Origin: Parcubacteria group bacterium Gr01-1014_3
GTDB lineage: Bacteria; Patescibacteriota; Minisyncoccia; UBA6257; WO2-44-18
Direction: 5' to 3'
Assembly (NCBI GenBank): GCA_007376445.1
Contig: VMGF01000001.1
Coordinates: 188,203 to 252,202, forward strand
Length of the DNA: 64,000 nucleotides
The position numbers and the translations under genes are program-made. The notes below the pieces were generated by a model. It was not told the DNA's origin. It saw nothing but the letters and a program-made list of their open reading frames with translations, and did no database searches. Shown here one piece after another: positions 45,860 through 54,029 of the stretch (positions are counted from its first letter, which is position 1; each line of letters starts with the position of its first letter).

Positions 45860-46102
45860 ATGCCAGTCACACGCTCAGCTAAAAAAGCCTTACGACAAAC
45901 CAAGCGCCGCCACGAGCGGAATGTTGTGGTAGCCAGGGCTTTGAAAGATGCCATCAAAAAGTATAAAAAAGCTCCAGCCGCTGATCTTCTTTCCTTAGTT
46001 TTTCAGAAATTAGATAAAGCCGCGAAAGTTAATGTCATTAAAAAGAACACCGCTTCCCGTTTAAAGTCCCGCCTTTCCAAACACTTAAACCCTAAACGCT
46101 AA
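45860..46102 (+). CDS. rpsT: ribosomal protein S20
   Basis: MPVTRSAKKALRQTKRRHERN... Confidence 0.8.
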   Translation: MPVTRSAKKALRQTKRRHERNVVVARALKDAIKKYKKAPAADLLSLVFQKLDKAAKVNVIKKNTASRLKSRLSKHLNPKR

Positions 46103-46872
46103 CCGCTAATCGCTAGTTCCAAAAGGGCTTCCTCATAATCAAGTTTTCCAGACTTAATGGCCGCATCATAATCGGCCATTTGTCTTTTTTGGATCACATC
46201 CGCCTGCGAAGCGATCATATTAAAAACTTTCGCCGCGTCTTCAAAATTCAGCAAAGCCTCCAGCGCCGGCAAACGATATCGGGCCTCGCCGACTCTTTTT
46301 ACTTTCATAAGAAGATCAAAAAAGTTCCCCCGCTCAAAATGTTCCTCCAATTTGCCGCCGAGAGCTAACTTATCTAAATCAGTCACGATCCCCCAGAGAT
46401 TTGAACCATGCATTCCTAGTAAATTCTCCGCGACGCCTTTATCCAGCGCAAGTTTCCGATTAGTTGCCTCTTTTTTAATGAAAGACAGAATTTCCGCCAT
46501 CGTCGGCTCCTCGAATACCTCCACCGCGAAAGATTGCTTGAGTAGAAAATCAAATTCTTTAGTTAACTTTTTGTCCTCGGAGATTATTAAAGTAATTTCT
46601 TTAGTTTCTAAAATAGATTTCAAAATTGGGATCAGCTCCTTGCCATCATATTCCGAAACATTATCCAAAACTCCTAGCTTAGCCTTTACGAATAAAGACT
46701 GACTGGTCGAAAAGTCCTTGAGCTTGCTCAAGTCCTCCGAAGCCTTGGCGGAGGAGGATAAATCAAAGCTACTAATAGTCAGCCCGGAGTGCTTTTCCCG
46801 GAATTTATTCAGATACCAGTTTAATTTTTGCCTACGCCGATAGGAGTCTGGGCCGTATAAATATAGAATCAT
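46099..46872 (-). CDS. holA: DNA polymerase III delta subunit-like
   Basis: MILYLYGPDSY N-terminus and helical C-domain; weak. Confidence 0.45.
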   Translation of the reverse strand: MILYLYGPDSYRRRQKLNWYLNKFREKHSGLTISSFDLSSSAKASEDLSKLKDFSTSQSLFVKAKLGVLDNVSEYDGKELIPILKSILETKEITLIISEDKKLTKEFDFLLKQSFAVEVFEEPTMAEILSFIKKEATNRKLALDKGVAENLLGMHGSNLWGIVTDLDKLALGGKLEEHFERGNFFDLLMKVKRVGEARYRLPALEALLNFEDAAKVFNMIASQADVIQKRQMADYDAAIKSGKLDYEEALLELAISG

Positions 46873-46946
46873 GAATCAAGAATTATGAATTAAGGATAAC
46901 GCTTTTGAGTTTTTCGTTCCATGATTCTTAATTCTTTATTCCTAAT

Positions 46947-47879
46947 TCACGCTTTTTGGCACTTTGGGCAGAAATGCGCGGAACGGCCGCCCATACTAAC
47001 CCGCTTAATTTTCGTCTTACAGCGGAAACAGGGCTCGCCTCCTCGCTGATAAACCAGAAGCTCATTGCCATATTTGCCCTTCATCCCGTCCGTATCACGG
47101 AAATCGCTAGTGGAAGTCCCTCGGAGTTTCAGGGCGCGGGGCAAAATTTTTCGCGTCGCCCTGTATAAGTTTTTAAGTTGGGAAGTTGTAAGTTTATAAG
47201 TTGGTGTCAGGGGGTAAACTTTAGCGAGCCACAATATCTCATTAGCGTAGATGTTGCCAATACCAGCAATAACCTGCTGATCCATTAAAACCTGATAGAT
47301 TTTCTTGCCCTGAGCTTGCCGAAGGGTGGCTCCAAATTTCTCAACTGTAAGATTCGGATCCAGCGCGTCGGGCCCGAGATTCGTCAGCTCTGGCAGATTC
47401 TCGATTTCTTGGACAGAACCGGCAATGACCTTCGCGAATTTCCGCAGATCAGAAAGGGCGAGCATCTTCCCATTATCAAGATATAAAATAAGATGCACGT
47501 ATTTATTATAAGGGTCGGTTATCATAGCCTTCGGTTCCAGTGGAATAACTTCCTGATTCTTGATTCCTGATTCTTTATTCTTGATTCGCCATTTCCCCAC
47601 CAGCATATGCCCGGTCATTTTTTGGTGGACCAAAAGCAGTTTGTCGTGAGTTAAGTAAATTAAAATGTTTTTCGCGCGACGCTTCGCTTCAACGATCTTC
47701 TCGCCCGTCAAAAATTTTTCAAAAACAGCGACGTGCTTATGGGCCACTTTATTTTTGCTCTGATCCAGCGGGTCCTTTATCATCTTCGGCCAATCAAACC
47801 ACGCGCCGGTGATCTTCCGGCCAACTACTTTTTTGTTTAAGTCGTTAACAACCGTTTGTACCTCTGGAAGTTCCGGCAT
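46947..47879 (-). CDS. mutM: formamidopyrimidine-DNA glycosylase
   Basis: MPELPEV N-terminus, H2TH, C-terminal zinc finger CFRC...CPKC; contains two in-frame simple-repeat segments plus one dispersed-motif copy. Confidence 0.85.
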   Translation of the reverse strand: MPELPEVQTVVNDLNKKVVGRKITGAWFDWPKMIKDPLDQSKNKVAHKHVAVFEKFLTGEKIVEAKRRAKNILIYLTHDKLLLVHQKMTGHMLVGKWRIKNKESGIKNQEVIPLEPKAMITDPYNKYVHLILYLDNGKMLALSDLRKFAKVIAGSVQEIENLPELTNLGPDALDPNLTVEKFGATLRQAQGKKIYQVLMDQQVIAGIGNIYANEILWLAKVYPLTPTYKLTTSQLKNLYRATRKILPRALKLRGTSTSDFRDTDGMKGKYGNELLVYQRGGEPCFRCKTKIKRVSMGGRSAHFCPKCQKA

Positions 47880-49225
47880 TAAATTTCCGACCAGTTCTTG
47901 CCAATTGCGCTATCGACTTTCAGCGGCACAATTAATTCGTAAGCCTTTTCCATTTCCGGGCGGATCAGCTCCTCGGCTTCTTTTGCCAGATCGTCAGTCA
48001 CCTCAAAAATAAGTTCGTCGTGAATGGTTAAAAGCATTTTCACCTTGTCCTCAAGTTTTTTCTTTTTCAGCATCTCCGCCACGCGGATCATCGCCAGTTT
48101 AATAATGTCCGCCGCCAAACCCTGGATCGGCATATTGGTCGCCATCCGCTCGGATTCCGCCGCGAACCGGCGATTGCCGGCCATGATATTTGGTAGCCAA
48201 CGCTTCCGGCCATTAAGAGTTTCCACATATCCGGTCTGACGAGCCTTGTTGATAGTTTTTTCCTGCCAGCGTTTGATATCGGCGAAGTCGGCAAAATATT
48301 CCGCGATGAATTTGGCTGATTCTTCCCGGCTCATACCGCTAGCCCGCGCCAATCCATCCGCCCCCATGCCATAGATCACGCCGAAGTTTAAAGTTTTCGC
48401 CATCTGCCTCTGCTCTTTAGTAACTTCTTTCAGCGGGATATTAAAAACCTGCGAAGCGGTGAGGCGGTGAATGTCTTCGCCTTGCCTGAAAGCCTCGATC
48501 ATCTTTTCATCGTTCGCCACCGAAGCCAGCACCCGTAATTCGATCTGAGAATAATCCAAAGAAAGCAGACTATGGCCTTTTTCGGCCACGAAAGCTTCAC
48601 GAACCCGCTTACCCCAATCGGAAAGAACTGGAATATTTTGCAGATTCGGATCTTTCGAGCTCAACCGGCCGGTTGAAGTAATTGTTTGAAGAAAAGTAGT
48701 GTGTATCCGGCTCTCTTTATCTGCTTTGGCCAGCTCCAATAACGGCTCGGCGTAAGTAGACTTCATCTTATATAGCTCCCGGTATTTTAAGATTGAGGCT
48801 ACAACGGGGTTGCGGTCTTTTATTTTATCCAAAGTTTCCGCGTCAGTGGAAAAAGCGCCGGTTTTCCGCTTTGGCACTCCTTTGGTGTCGATCTTTAACT
48901 TTTCAAATAGCACTTCCGAGAGTTGCTTCGGAGAATTTAGATTGAACGGCAACCCAGCGGCCTTATGTATCTGCTCTTCAAGCGTGGCGATCTCTTTGTT
49001 CAGCTCTTTAGCGACTTTCTCCAGAATCTTCGCGTCAACTTTAATGCCCAGCTCGTGCATTGAATCTAATATCGGCACAAGCGGAAGCTCAATCTCCCGA
49101 TAAACCTTATCCAAACCCTCCTCGGTAATCTTTTTTTCTAAAGACTCCAAATCATCCGGAAGATTTTGCTGATTCTCGGCGTCAAGCAACCATTTGGCGA
49201 TTTCAATTTTCTTTAAATCGGTCAT
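47879..49225 (-). CDS. polA: DNA polymerase I, polymerase (family A) domain only
   Basis: RELYKMKSTY, LLSLDYSQIELRVLA (motif A), IHDELIFEV (motif C); begins within the vestigial 3'-5' exo region. Confidence 0.8.
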   Translation of the reverse strand: MTDLKKIEIAKWLLDAENQQNLPDDLESLEKKITEEGLDKVYREIELPLVPILDSMHELGIKVDAKILEKVAKELNKEIATLEEQIHKAAGLPFNLNSPKQLSEVLFEKLKIDTKGVPKRKTGAFSTDAETLDKIKDRNPVVASILKYRELYKMKSTYAEPLLELAKADKESRIHTTFLQTITSTGRLSSKDPNLQNIPVLSDWGKRVREAFVAEKGHSLLSLDYSQIELRVLASVANDEKMIEAFRQGEDIHRLTASQVFNIPLKEVTKEQRQMAKTLNFGVIYGMGADGLARASGMSREESAKFIAEYFADFADIKRWQEKTINKARQTGYVETLNGRKRWLPNIMAGNRRFAAESERMATNMPIQGLAADIIKLAMIRVAEMLKKKKLEDKVKMLLTIHDELIFEVTDDLAKEAEELIRPEMEKAYELIVPLKVDSAIGKNWSEI

Positions 49226-49233
49226 ATATACTC

Positions 49234-49325
49234 CACTAATATACTAATAAAGCGCGAATATACCAATTCTGCTCACTGGTTTGTTTTATAAGTATATTAG
49301 TGCTCGATTCGTATATTGGCGTAGT
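49234..49325. repeat. MITE-like repeat copy B, filling the gap between the two polA-derived genes
   Basis: cactaatatactaat...gtgctcgattcgtatattggcgtag; related to copies A and C. Confidence 0.55.
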
Positions 49326-50198
49326 CTAAAGTCTGTTGATGAGGCTGCTAAAGTTATATTTCTTGAAAAATGCCATAAGACCTTCGCGATCCAGGGGCTG
49401 AACCTTGAGACTTTCCAGCGCGCCGATCTCGATCGGCACATCCCGCTTGATCGTCGCCAATTTTTTAGACATTAAGGCGATCTCTTTCTGCCCCTCCAGT
49501 TTTTTAGAGATTTTTGGATTGATGATGGCTAAGCTATCGAAAATTTCTTCGATCGTGCCAAAATCTTTTAATAAAGTAACGGCGGTTTTCGGCCCAACGC
49601 CCTTCACGCCAGGAATGTTGTCGGAAGTATCGCCGATCAAGCCTTTGTAATCCGGCAGGCGCTTTGGCCCCAATCCGTCGTACTTTGCCTCCACGCCCGG
49701 TTCATCATACAAAACCGTCTCGCTCATGCCGGTTTTGATGATCTGTCCGAGAACTTTCTGGCCTTCGACGAGCTGGAGCACATCGTTGTCGCCAGAAAAA
49801 ATAATGATCCGCCCGCCGGCCATTCCTGGATCATTCTTAAACTTTTCAACCAATGTACCGATAATATCGTCGGCCTCATAGCCCGGAATCTCAAAAGTTT
49901 TAACTTTAAAAGCGTCAAAGACTTCCCGGGTTTTTTGAAGTTGCGGGATCAGGTCGTCGGGAGCCGCCGGCCGCTGGGCCTTATATTCTTTGAAAGCCTC
50001 TTTGCGGAAAGTCGCCTCCGGCCGATCAAAGGCCGCGGCGATGTAGTCCGGTTTATTTTCTTTCAGAATCTTTAGAGTAGTCGCCGCCACGCCATAAAGC
50101 GCGTTGGTCGGAGTGCCGTCGCTAGCCGTCAGCGGCGGCAGGGCATGATAAAACCGGTGGATCAGCGCGTGAGAATCGATAAGGAAGAGGGTCTTCAT
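49326..50198 (-). CDS. 5'-3' exonuclease (FEN / Pol I N-terminal domain) as a separate gene
   Basis: MKTLFLIDSHALIHRFYHAL, H3TH region. Confidence 0.85.
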   Translation of the reverse strand: MKTLFLIDSHALIHRFYHALPPLTASDGTPTNALYGVAATTLKILKENKPDYIAAAFDRPEATFRKEAFKEYKAQRPAAPDDLIPQLQKTREVFDAFKVKTFEIPGYEADDIIGTLVEKFKNDPGMAGGRIIIFSGDNDVLQLVEGQKVLGQIIKTGMSETVLYDEPGVEAKYDGLGPKRLPDYKGLIGDTSDNIPGVKGVGPKTAVTLLKDFGTIEEIFDSLAIINPKISKKLEGQKEIALMSKKLATIKRDVPIEIGALESLKVQPLDREGLMAFFKKYNFSSLINRL

Positions 50199-50243
50199 TT
50201 GTATTTACTATGACAAATGACTATGAGGATGACAAATTAAAAA

Positions 50244-50268
50244 GCCCTCCGACTTTAAGTCGGAGGGC
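50244..50268. terminator. hairpin gccctccgactttaagtcggagggc
   Basis: 9-bp stem downstream of the 50296..50985 gene. Confidence 0.6.
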
Positions 50269-50295
50269 TAGGCGTACAAAGAACAGAGAACGGGA

Positions 50296-50985
50296 TTACA
50301 AAACTGCTACACGACCGCGCATGTCCTCGTGCCGGCCGTCGGCATAGCGCCAGCCGACGCGGACCTCGCCGCCGCACGGACTCCAGCCCATGCCCGGAAC
50401 GCTGCCATCCCGATCACGCGAGCCGGCACAGAGCGTCCAGTTCTTCTCGTCGAGGTGCTTGCCAGTTTCGGTGAAGAACTTCAACTCGTAGAGTAGACGC
50501 TCGATGAGAGTGATGCAGTTGATGCCCTCGCTCTTGAGATCGTCTGCCGATTTGTTCTTGATCTCTTCGTCGGCCTCGACTCTGTCTCTCACCCAGATGA
50601 CGTAGGTCTTCTTGGTGTCACGCACCGACGTAATCGTGTCGAGGTTGTCGGTGTACTTCCAGACCTGCATCTTCTTCTTGAGAAGGGCGAACGCCTTGTT
50701 GGGGGTCAGGCCTTCCGGGACGAGGATCAGCCTGGTGAAGCCGGGCTCGGGGGCCGGGATCTTGAGATTGGTGATCTCTACCTTGAGACCCAGCTCGAGG
50801 TAGAGATTCTGCCACGCAGCGAGTTGGGAGTCGACATCGAAGGCCGTCTCCTTTTTCTTGCCGTCCTTGATGGCCTGGAGAATGTCGCAGACCTCCTCGA
50901 GGCTCCGCCTCCCTTCTCTCACCAACTCCATCACGCATGCCCAGAGGTCGAAGAACCTCTTCCAGGGGTCGGTTTTCGCGACCAT
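50296..50985 (-). CDS. hypothetical protein in a GC-rich islet
   Basis: Start MVAKTDPWKRF after AAAGGATGG; the overlapping antisense ORFs are judged GC artefacts. Confidence 0.5.
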   Translation of the reverse strand: MVAKTDPWKRFFDLWACVMELVREGRRSLEEVCDILQAIKDGKKKETAFDVDSQLAAWQNLYLELGLKVEITNLKIPAPEPGFTRLILVPEGLTPNKAFALLKKKMQVWKYTDNLDTITSVRDTKKTYVIWVRDRVEADEEIKNKSADDLKSEGINCITLIERLLYELKFFTETGKHLDEKNWTLCAGSRDRDGSVPGMGWSPCGGEVRVGWRYADGRHEDMRGRVAVL

Positions 50986-51126
50986 AGAACACCATCCTTT
51001 CAAATGTCCCGGTTCTAGCGGGACAACCTGATTCCTGCCTGAAGGCGAAATACCTCCAGAAACACAAGAATCATACATCAATGAACGCTCGAATTGTACC
51101 GCATAACCTCCAAAAAGTCAAATTTT

Positions 51127-51369
51127 TTAAAAGTCGCGATAAGTCTTCTCGGAACGGCGGTCTATCTTTAATAGAAAAACTTTATCGTTTTTGGTCTGAT
51201 AAATCACCCGAATGTCGCCTTTACGAACTCTGTAAATATTGTCGCTTCCTTTCAGTTTTTTAATGTTTAGATTTTTAAAAAGCCCAGCTTCTAACCGGGC
51301 TAGAATCTCCTCGATTTGTTTCTGTTCTTTGACGCTTAACTTTTTGAACGCTTTTTCGAATTGGTCCAT
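51127..51369 (-). CDS. relE: RelE/ParE-family toxin
   Basis: 80 aa; ...NIYRVRKGDIRVIYQTKNDKVFLLKIDRRSE. Confidence 0.7.
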   Translation of the reverse strand: MDQFEKAFKKLSVKEQKQIEEILARLEAGLFKNLNIKKLKGSDNIYRVRKGDIRVIYQTKNDKVFLLKIDRRSEKTYRDF

Positions 51370-51593
51370 GATCGCAACTTGGCGAGAACTTCTTCCACCG
51401 GAACGCCTCCTTTTTTAATTTTAGTAAAGTCAATGACTTCTTCCCAAATTTCATCTTCCTCGGAAAGCGGGACTATCTTGAATATCGGTTTAGACCGACG
51501 AACAATGACAAAAGAATCGCCCTTCTTTTGGATAGCGTCAATGTATTGCTCTGTGTGTTCTCTTAATTCTCTTAAACCGGCTATTTTGTTCAT
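51336..51593 (-). CDS. Phd/YefM-type antitoxin
   Basis: 85 aa; overlaps the toxin start by 34 nt; IAGLRELREHTEQYIDAIQKKGDSFVIVRRSKP. Confidence 0.6.
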   Translation of the reverse strand: MNKIAGLRELREHTEQYIDAIQKKGDSFVIVRRSKPIFKIVPLSEEDEIWEEVIDFTKIKKGGVPVEEVLAKLRSWTNSKKRSKS

Positions 51594-51623
51594 ACTTAAA
51601 GATTATCCTAAGATTATCTTTTG

Positions 51624-51935
51624 TCAACCCCGCACCTTTCAAGCACCGAGAAGGCTATCGCGTATCCGTCCTTTTAATTGACCGTATGCTTTTCCAAAAT
51701 ACTTTAGATTATGTTCTCTTCGTATAGCGTCTTCTTTAGAGCGATAGCCTTCTGTGTAGACTAACCTCCACGGTTTATAACGCTTAGTCGCTTTAGATAG
51801 ACCATCGTTATGCTCTGTTAGTCTATTTTTTAAATCATTCGTATAGCCTATGTATAAAGTGTCGTTCACGGCACTTTTTATTATATATATCCAGTACATG
51901 GAAGAAGTATTGTGCTTGAAAGGTGCGGGGTCAAG
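51624..51935. mobile_element. GIY-YIG gene enclosed by 20-23 bp perfect inverted repeats (TCAACCCCGCACCTTTCAAGCAC)
   Basis: Left IR 51624-51646, right IR 51912-51935; the ORF stop lies inside the left IR and the start 13 nt from the right IR; an empty copy of the palindrome is at 57779-57847. Confidence 0.6.
51639..51899 (-). CDS. stand-alone GIY-YIG nuclease (YhbQ-like)
   Basis: MYWIYIIKSAVNDTLYIGYTNDLKNRLTEHN... Confidence 0.7.
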   Translation of the reverse strand: MYWIYIIKSAVNDTLYIGYTNDLKNRLTEHNDGLSKATKRYKPWRLVYTEGYRSKEDAIRREHNLKYFGKAYGQLKGRIRDSLLGA

Positions 51936-51944
51936 ACGAGCCAA

Positions 51945-52412
51945 TTAAAAATGAATTTTCCGCTCTTTTTCTTGAGAGCCGTGCTCAAAGCGAATCCAGA
52001 TAGTGTCTTTAGGTAAAATCTTTTTTATCTGATCAGCCCATTCGATGACCACAATATTCTTCGGATTTTTCAGGACCTTATCGAAATGAAGAGTTTTTAA
52101 TTCGGCGGTTTTTTTAATCCGATAGGCGTCAACGTGATAAAAAGTTGTAAGTTTTAAGTTAGAAGTTGTAAGTTTTGGAATTGGATATGTGCGAAAGATC
52201 AAAAAAGTTGGACTCACCATGCGCCTTTTAATTCCTAGTGCTTTTGCGAATCCTTGAGTAAAAGTGGTTTTACCGGCGCCAAGATCCCCAACCAGACCGA
52301 TGATCCGGGCGTGCTTTTGGTGGGGTCCTCCGCCAGCTGGCGGACTTAGGATCTCTTTAGCTAGCTTAGCTGCTAGTTTTTTAGTTTGTTCCGCTTTCTT
52401 GGTCGTATACAT
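51945..52412 (-). CDS. tsaE: tRNA t6A biosynthesis ATPase TsaE
   Basis: IGLVGDLGAGKTTFTQGFAKALGI P-loop; contains the in-frame repeat PKLTTSNLKLTTF. Confidence 0.8.
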   Translation of the reverse strand: MYTTKKAEQTKKLAAKLAKEILSPPAGGGPHQKHARIIGLVGDLGAGKTTFTQGFAKALGIKRRMVSPTFLIFRTYPIPKLTTSNLKLTTFYHVDAYRIKKTAELKTLHFDKVLKNPKNIVVIEWADQIKKILPKDTIWIRFEHGSQEKERKIHF

Positions 52413-52875
52413 TCTTTAAAATATAAACCGCTAGTGATGCCAAAATCATAGCACTCAAAATCCAGAAAATGAAAACGCTGGCCGTAGCTTCATTTTTCGC
52501 CAATGGTCCGGCTGAAATCGGCGACAACTTCTCGAATATTCCGGAATAAGTCCCGGAATTTAAATCTACATCATGCTGGGCCGGAAAACCTTCCGATAAA
52601 TTACCGGAGGTTAAGCGATCAATCTCTTTACCGGCTGGATCAATTAAATAAATAGTCTCTTCAGAATTATTAAGAGAAATCTTGGTGGTGGCGTAATTCA
52701 GCTTTAATGGCTGATTAGCCGTCAGCTTCCCGCTCAACTTAAAAATCTTGCCGCTCGCGTCTTTGAGTGACCAGCCGTCCAACGACACCGCGCCAGCGGA
52801 ATCGTTAAATAATAAAATGTATTCGCCATCGGTATCTTTCCCGACAGGATTAGGAAGAAATTCTTGAATTATCAC
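52381..52875 (-). CDS. lamin-tail-domain protein with C-terminal TM anchor
   Basis: EFLPNPVGKDTDGEYILLFNDS...VSLDGWSLKD. Confidence 0.5.
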   Translation of the reverse strand: MIIQEFLPNPVGKDTDGEYILLFNDSAGAVSLDGWSLKDASGKIFKLSGKLTANQPLKLNYATTKISLNNSEETIYLIDPAGKEIDRLTSGNLSEGFPAQHDVDLNSGTYSGIFEKLSPISAGPLAKNEATASVFIFWILSAMILASLAVYILKNVYDQESGTN

Positions 52876-52879
52876 CGCC

Positions 52880-53890
52880 CTATATTAGCAATCCTTCTGG
52901 AGGATTCAAGCCCAAATGCCGGTAGGCGGCTTCGGTAACTACGCGGCCAGAAGGAGTGCGGTGAAGTAATCCGATACTCATTAAATATGGCTCGTACATT
53001 TCCTCGATATTCCCACGCTCATCATTTAAGGCGGCGGCGAGAGTGCTAGCGCCAACTGGCCCACCTTTGAATTTCTGAATAATCGCCAATAAAAGCTGGC
53101 GATCCTGTGGTTCAAGGCCAAGTGAGTCTATTTCTAATAGATCTAGAGTTTGTTTGGCTGATTCACCGTCCACGAATTCTTTTGAATTAACCTGAGCGTA
53201 ATCCCGGACACGTTTTAATAAGCGATTGGCTACTCGAGGAGTAAACCGGGAAGCCTTTGCGATGATCTTAACAGCCGCAGAATCCACCTTAATTTTTAAC
53301 AGATCCGCGGAACGCTTCACGATGGCTTCGATATCCGGGTTTTCATAGTAGTCGAGCTTATAAGAAGCGCCGAAGCGAGAGCGGAGCGGGCCGGACAACA
53401 AATCCGCTCTGGTAGTAGCGGCAATGAGAGTGAAGGCTGGGAGATCAAGCGTGATCATTCTAGCCGCCGGACCCTTGCCGACCATCAGATGTAGCTTCCG
53501 CATCTCCATGGCCGGGTAAAGCACCTCTTCAATAGTCTTATTGATACGATGCGCCTCGTCGATAAACAAAATATCGTTCTTTTCGATATTGGTCAGCACG
53601 GCCGCGAGATCCCCCATCTTCTCCAGTGCCGGACCGGAGGTAACTTTGATATTCGCGCCAAGCTCACGAGCGACCAGGTAAGCTAAGGTGGTTTTACCGA
53701 GACCGGCTTGGCCATAAAACAGCAAATGATCACAGGCTTCACCCCGTTTTTTGGCGGCTTCCAGGATGATCTTCAGATTCCGCTTAACTTTGTCCTGACC
53801 GACATACTCCGACCAGCTGGTTGGACGTAAAAGTGAGTCTACGGTCTGATCTTCGCCTGAATTTTTGATAACTTCGATTTCGTTTGACAT
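52880..53890 (-). CDS. ruvB: Holliday-junction helicase RuvB
   Basis: LLFYGQAGLGKTTLA Walker A, AAA+ and winged-helix domains. Confidence 0.9.
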   Translation of the reverse strand: MSNEIEVIKNSGEDQTVDSLLRPTSWSEYVGQDKVKRNLKIILEAAKKRGEACDHLLFYGQAGLGKTTLAYLVARELGANIKVTSGPALEKMGDLAAVLTNIEKNDILFIDEAHRINKTIEEVLYPAMEMRKLHLMVGKGPAARMITLDLPAFTLIAATTRADLLSGPLRSRFGASYKLDYYENPDIEAIVKRSADLLKIKVDSAAVKIIAKASRFTPRVANRLLKRVRDYAQVNSKEFVDGESAKQTLDLLEIDSLGLEPQDRQLLLAIIQKFKGGPVGASTLAAALNDERGNIEEMYEPYLMSIGLLHRTPSGRVVTEAAYRHLGLNPPEGLLI

Positions 53891-53973
53891 TTTTTCCTAA
53901 ATTCTCTATAAGTATATATCCTGGGCGCTTAGCCCTTTTTTAATTATACACCCAGTTGAGGAGAATGAGGGGG

Positions 53974-54002
53974 TTGACAAATTAAAAAAACTGTGCTAGA
54001 AT
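53974..54002 (+). promoter_or_regulatory. strong sigma-70-type promoter TTGACA-N17-TGcTAGAAT with no downstream plus-strand ORF
   Basis: Exact -35, 17-nt spacer, extended -10. Confidence 0.45.
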
Positions 54003-54029
54003 ATCGGCAGTTCCTTAAGGTTGAAGATA

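Noticed and set aside
50618-51067. 149-aa ORF and other frames overlapping the GC-rich gene at 50296..50985
   Set aside because: Arg/Gly/Pro-rich translation of GC-rich antisense or alternate frames. The chosen frame has an RBS and a terminator.
51900-51944. Longer GIY-YIG start MARLDPAPFKHNTSS
   Set aside because: It would read through the right inverted repeat. The GIY-YIG domain begins at MYWIYII, as in YhbQ-like proteins.
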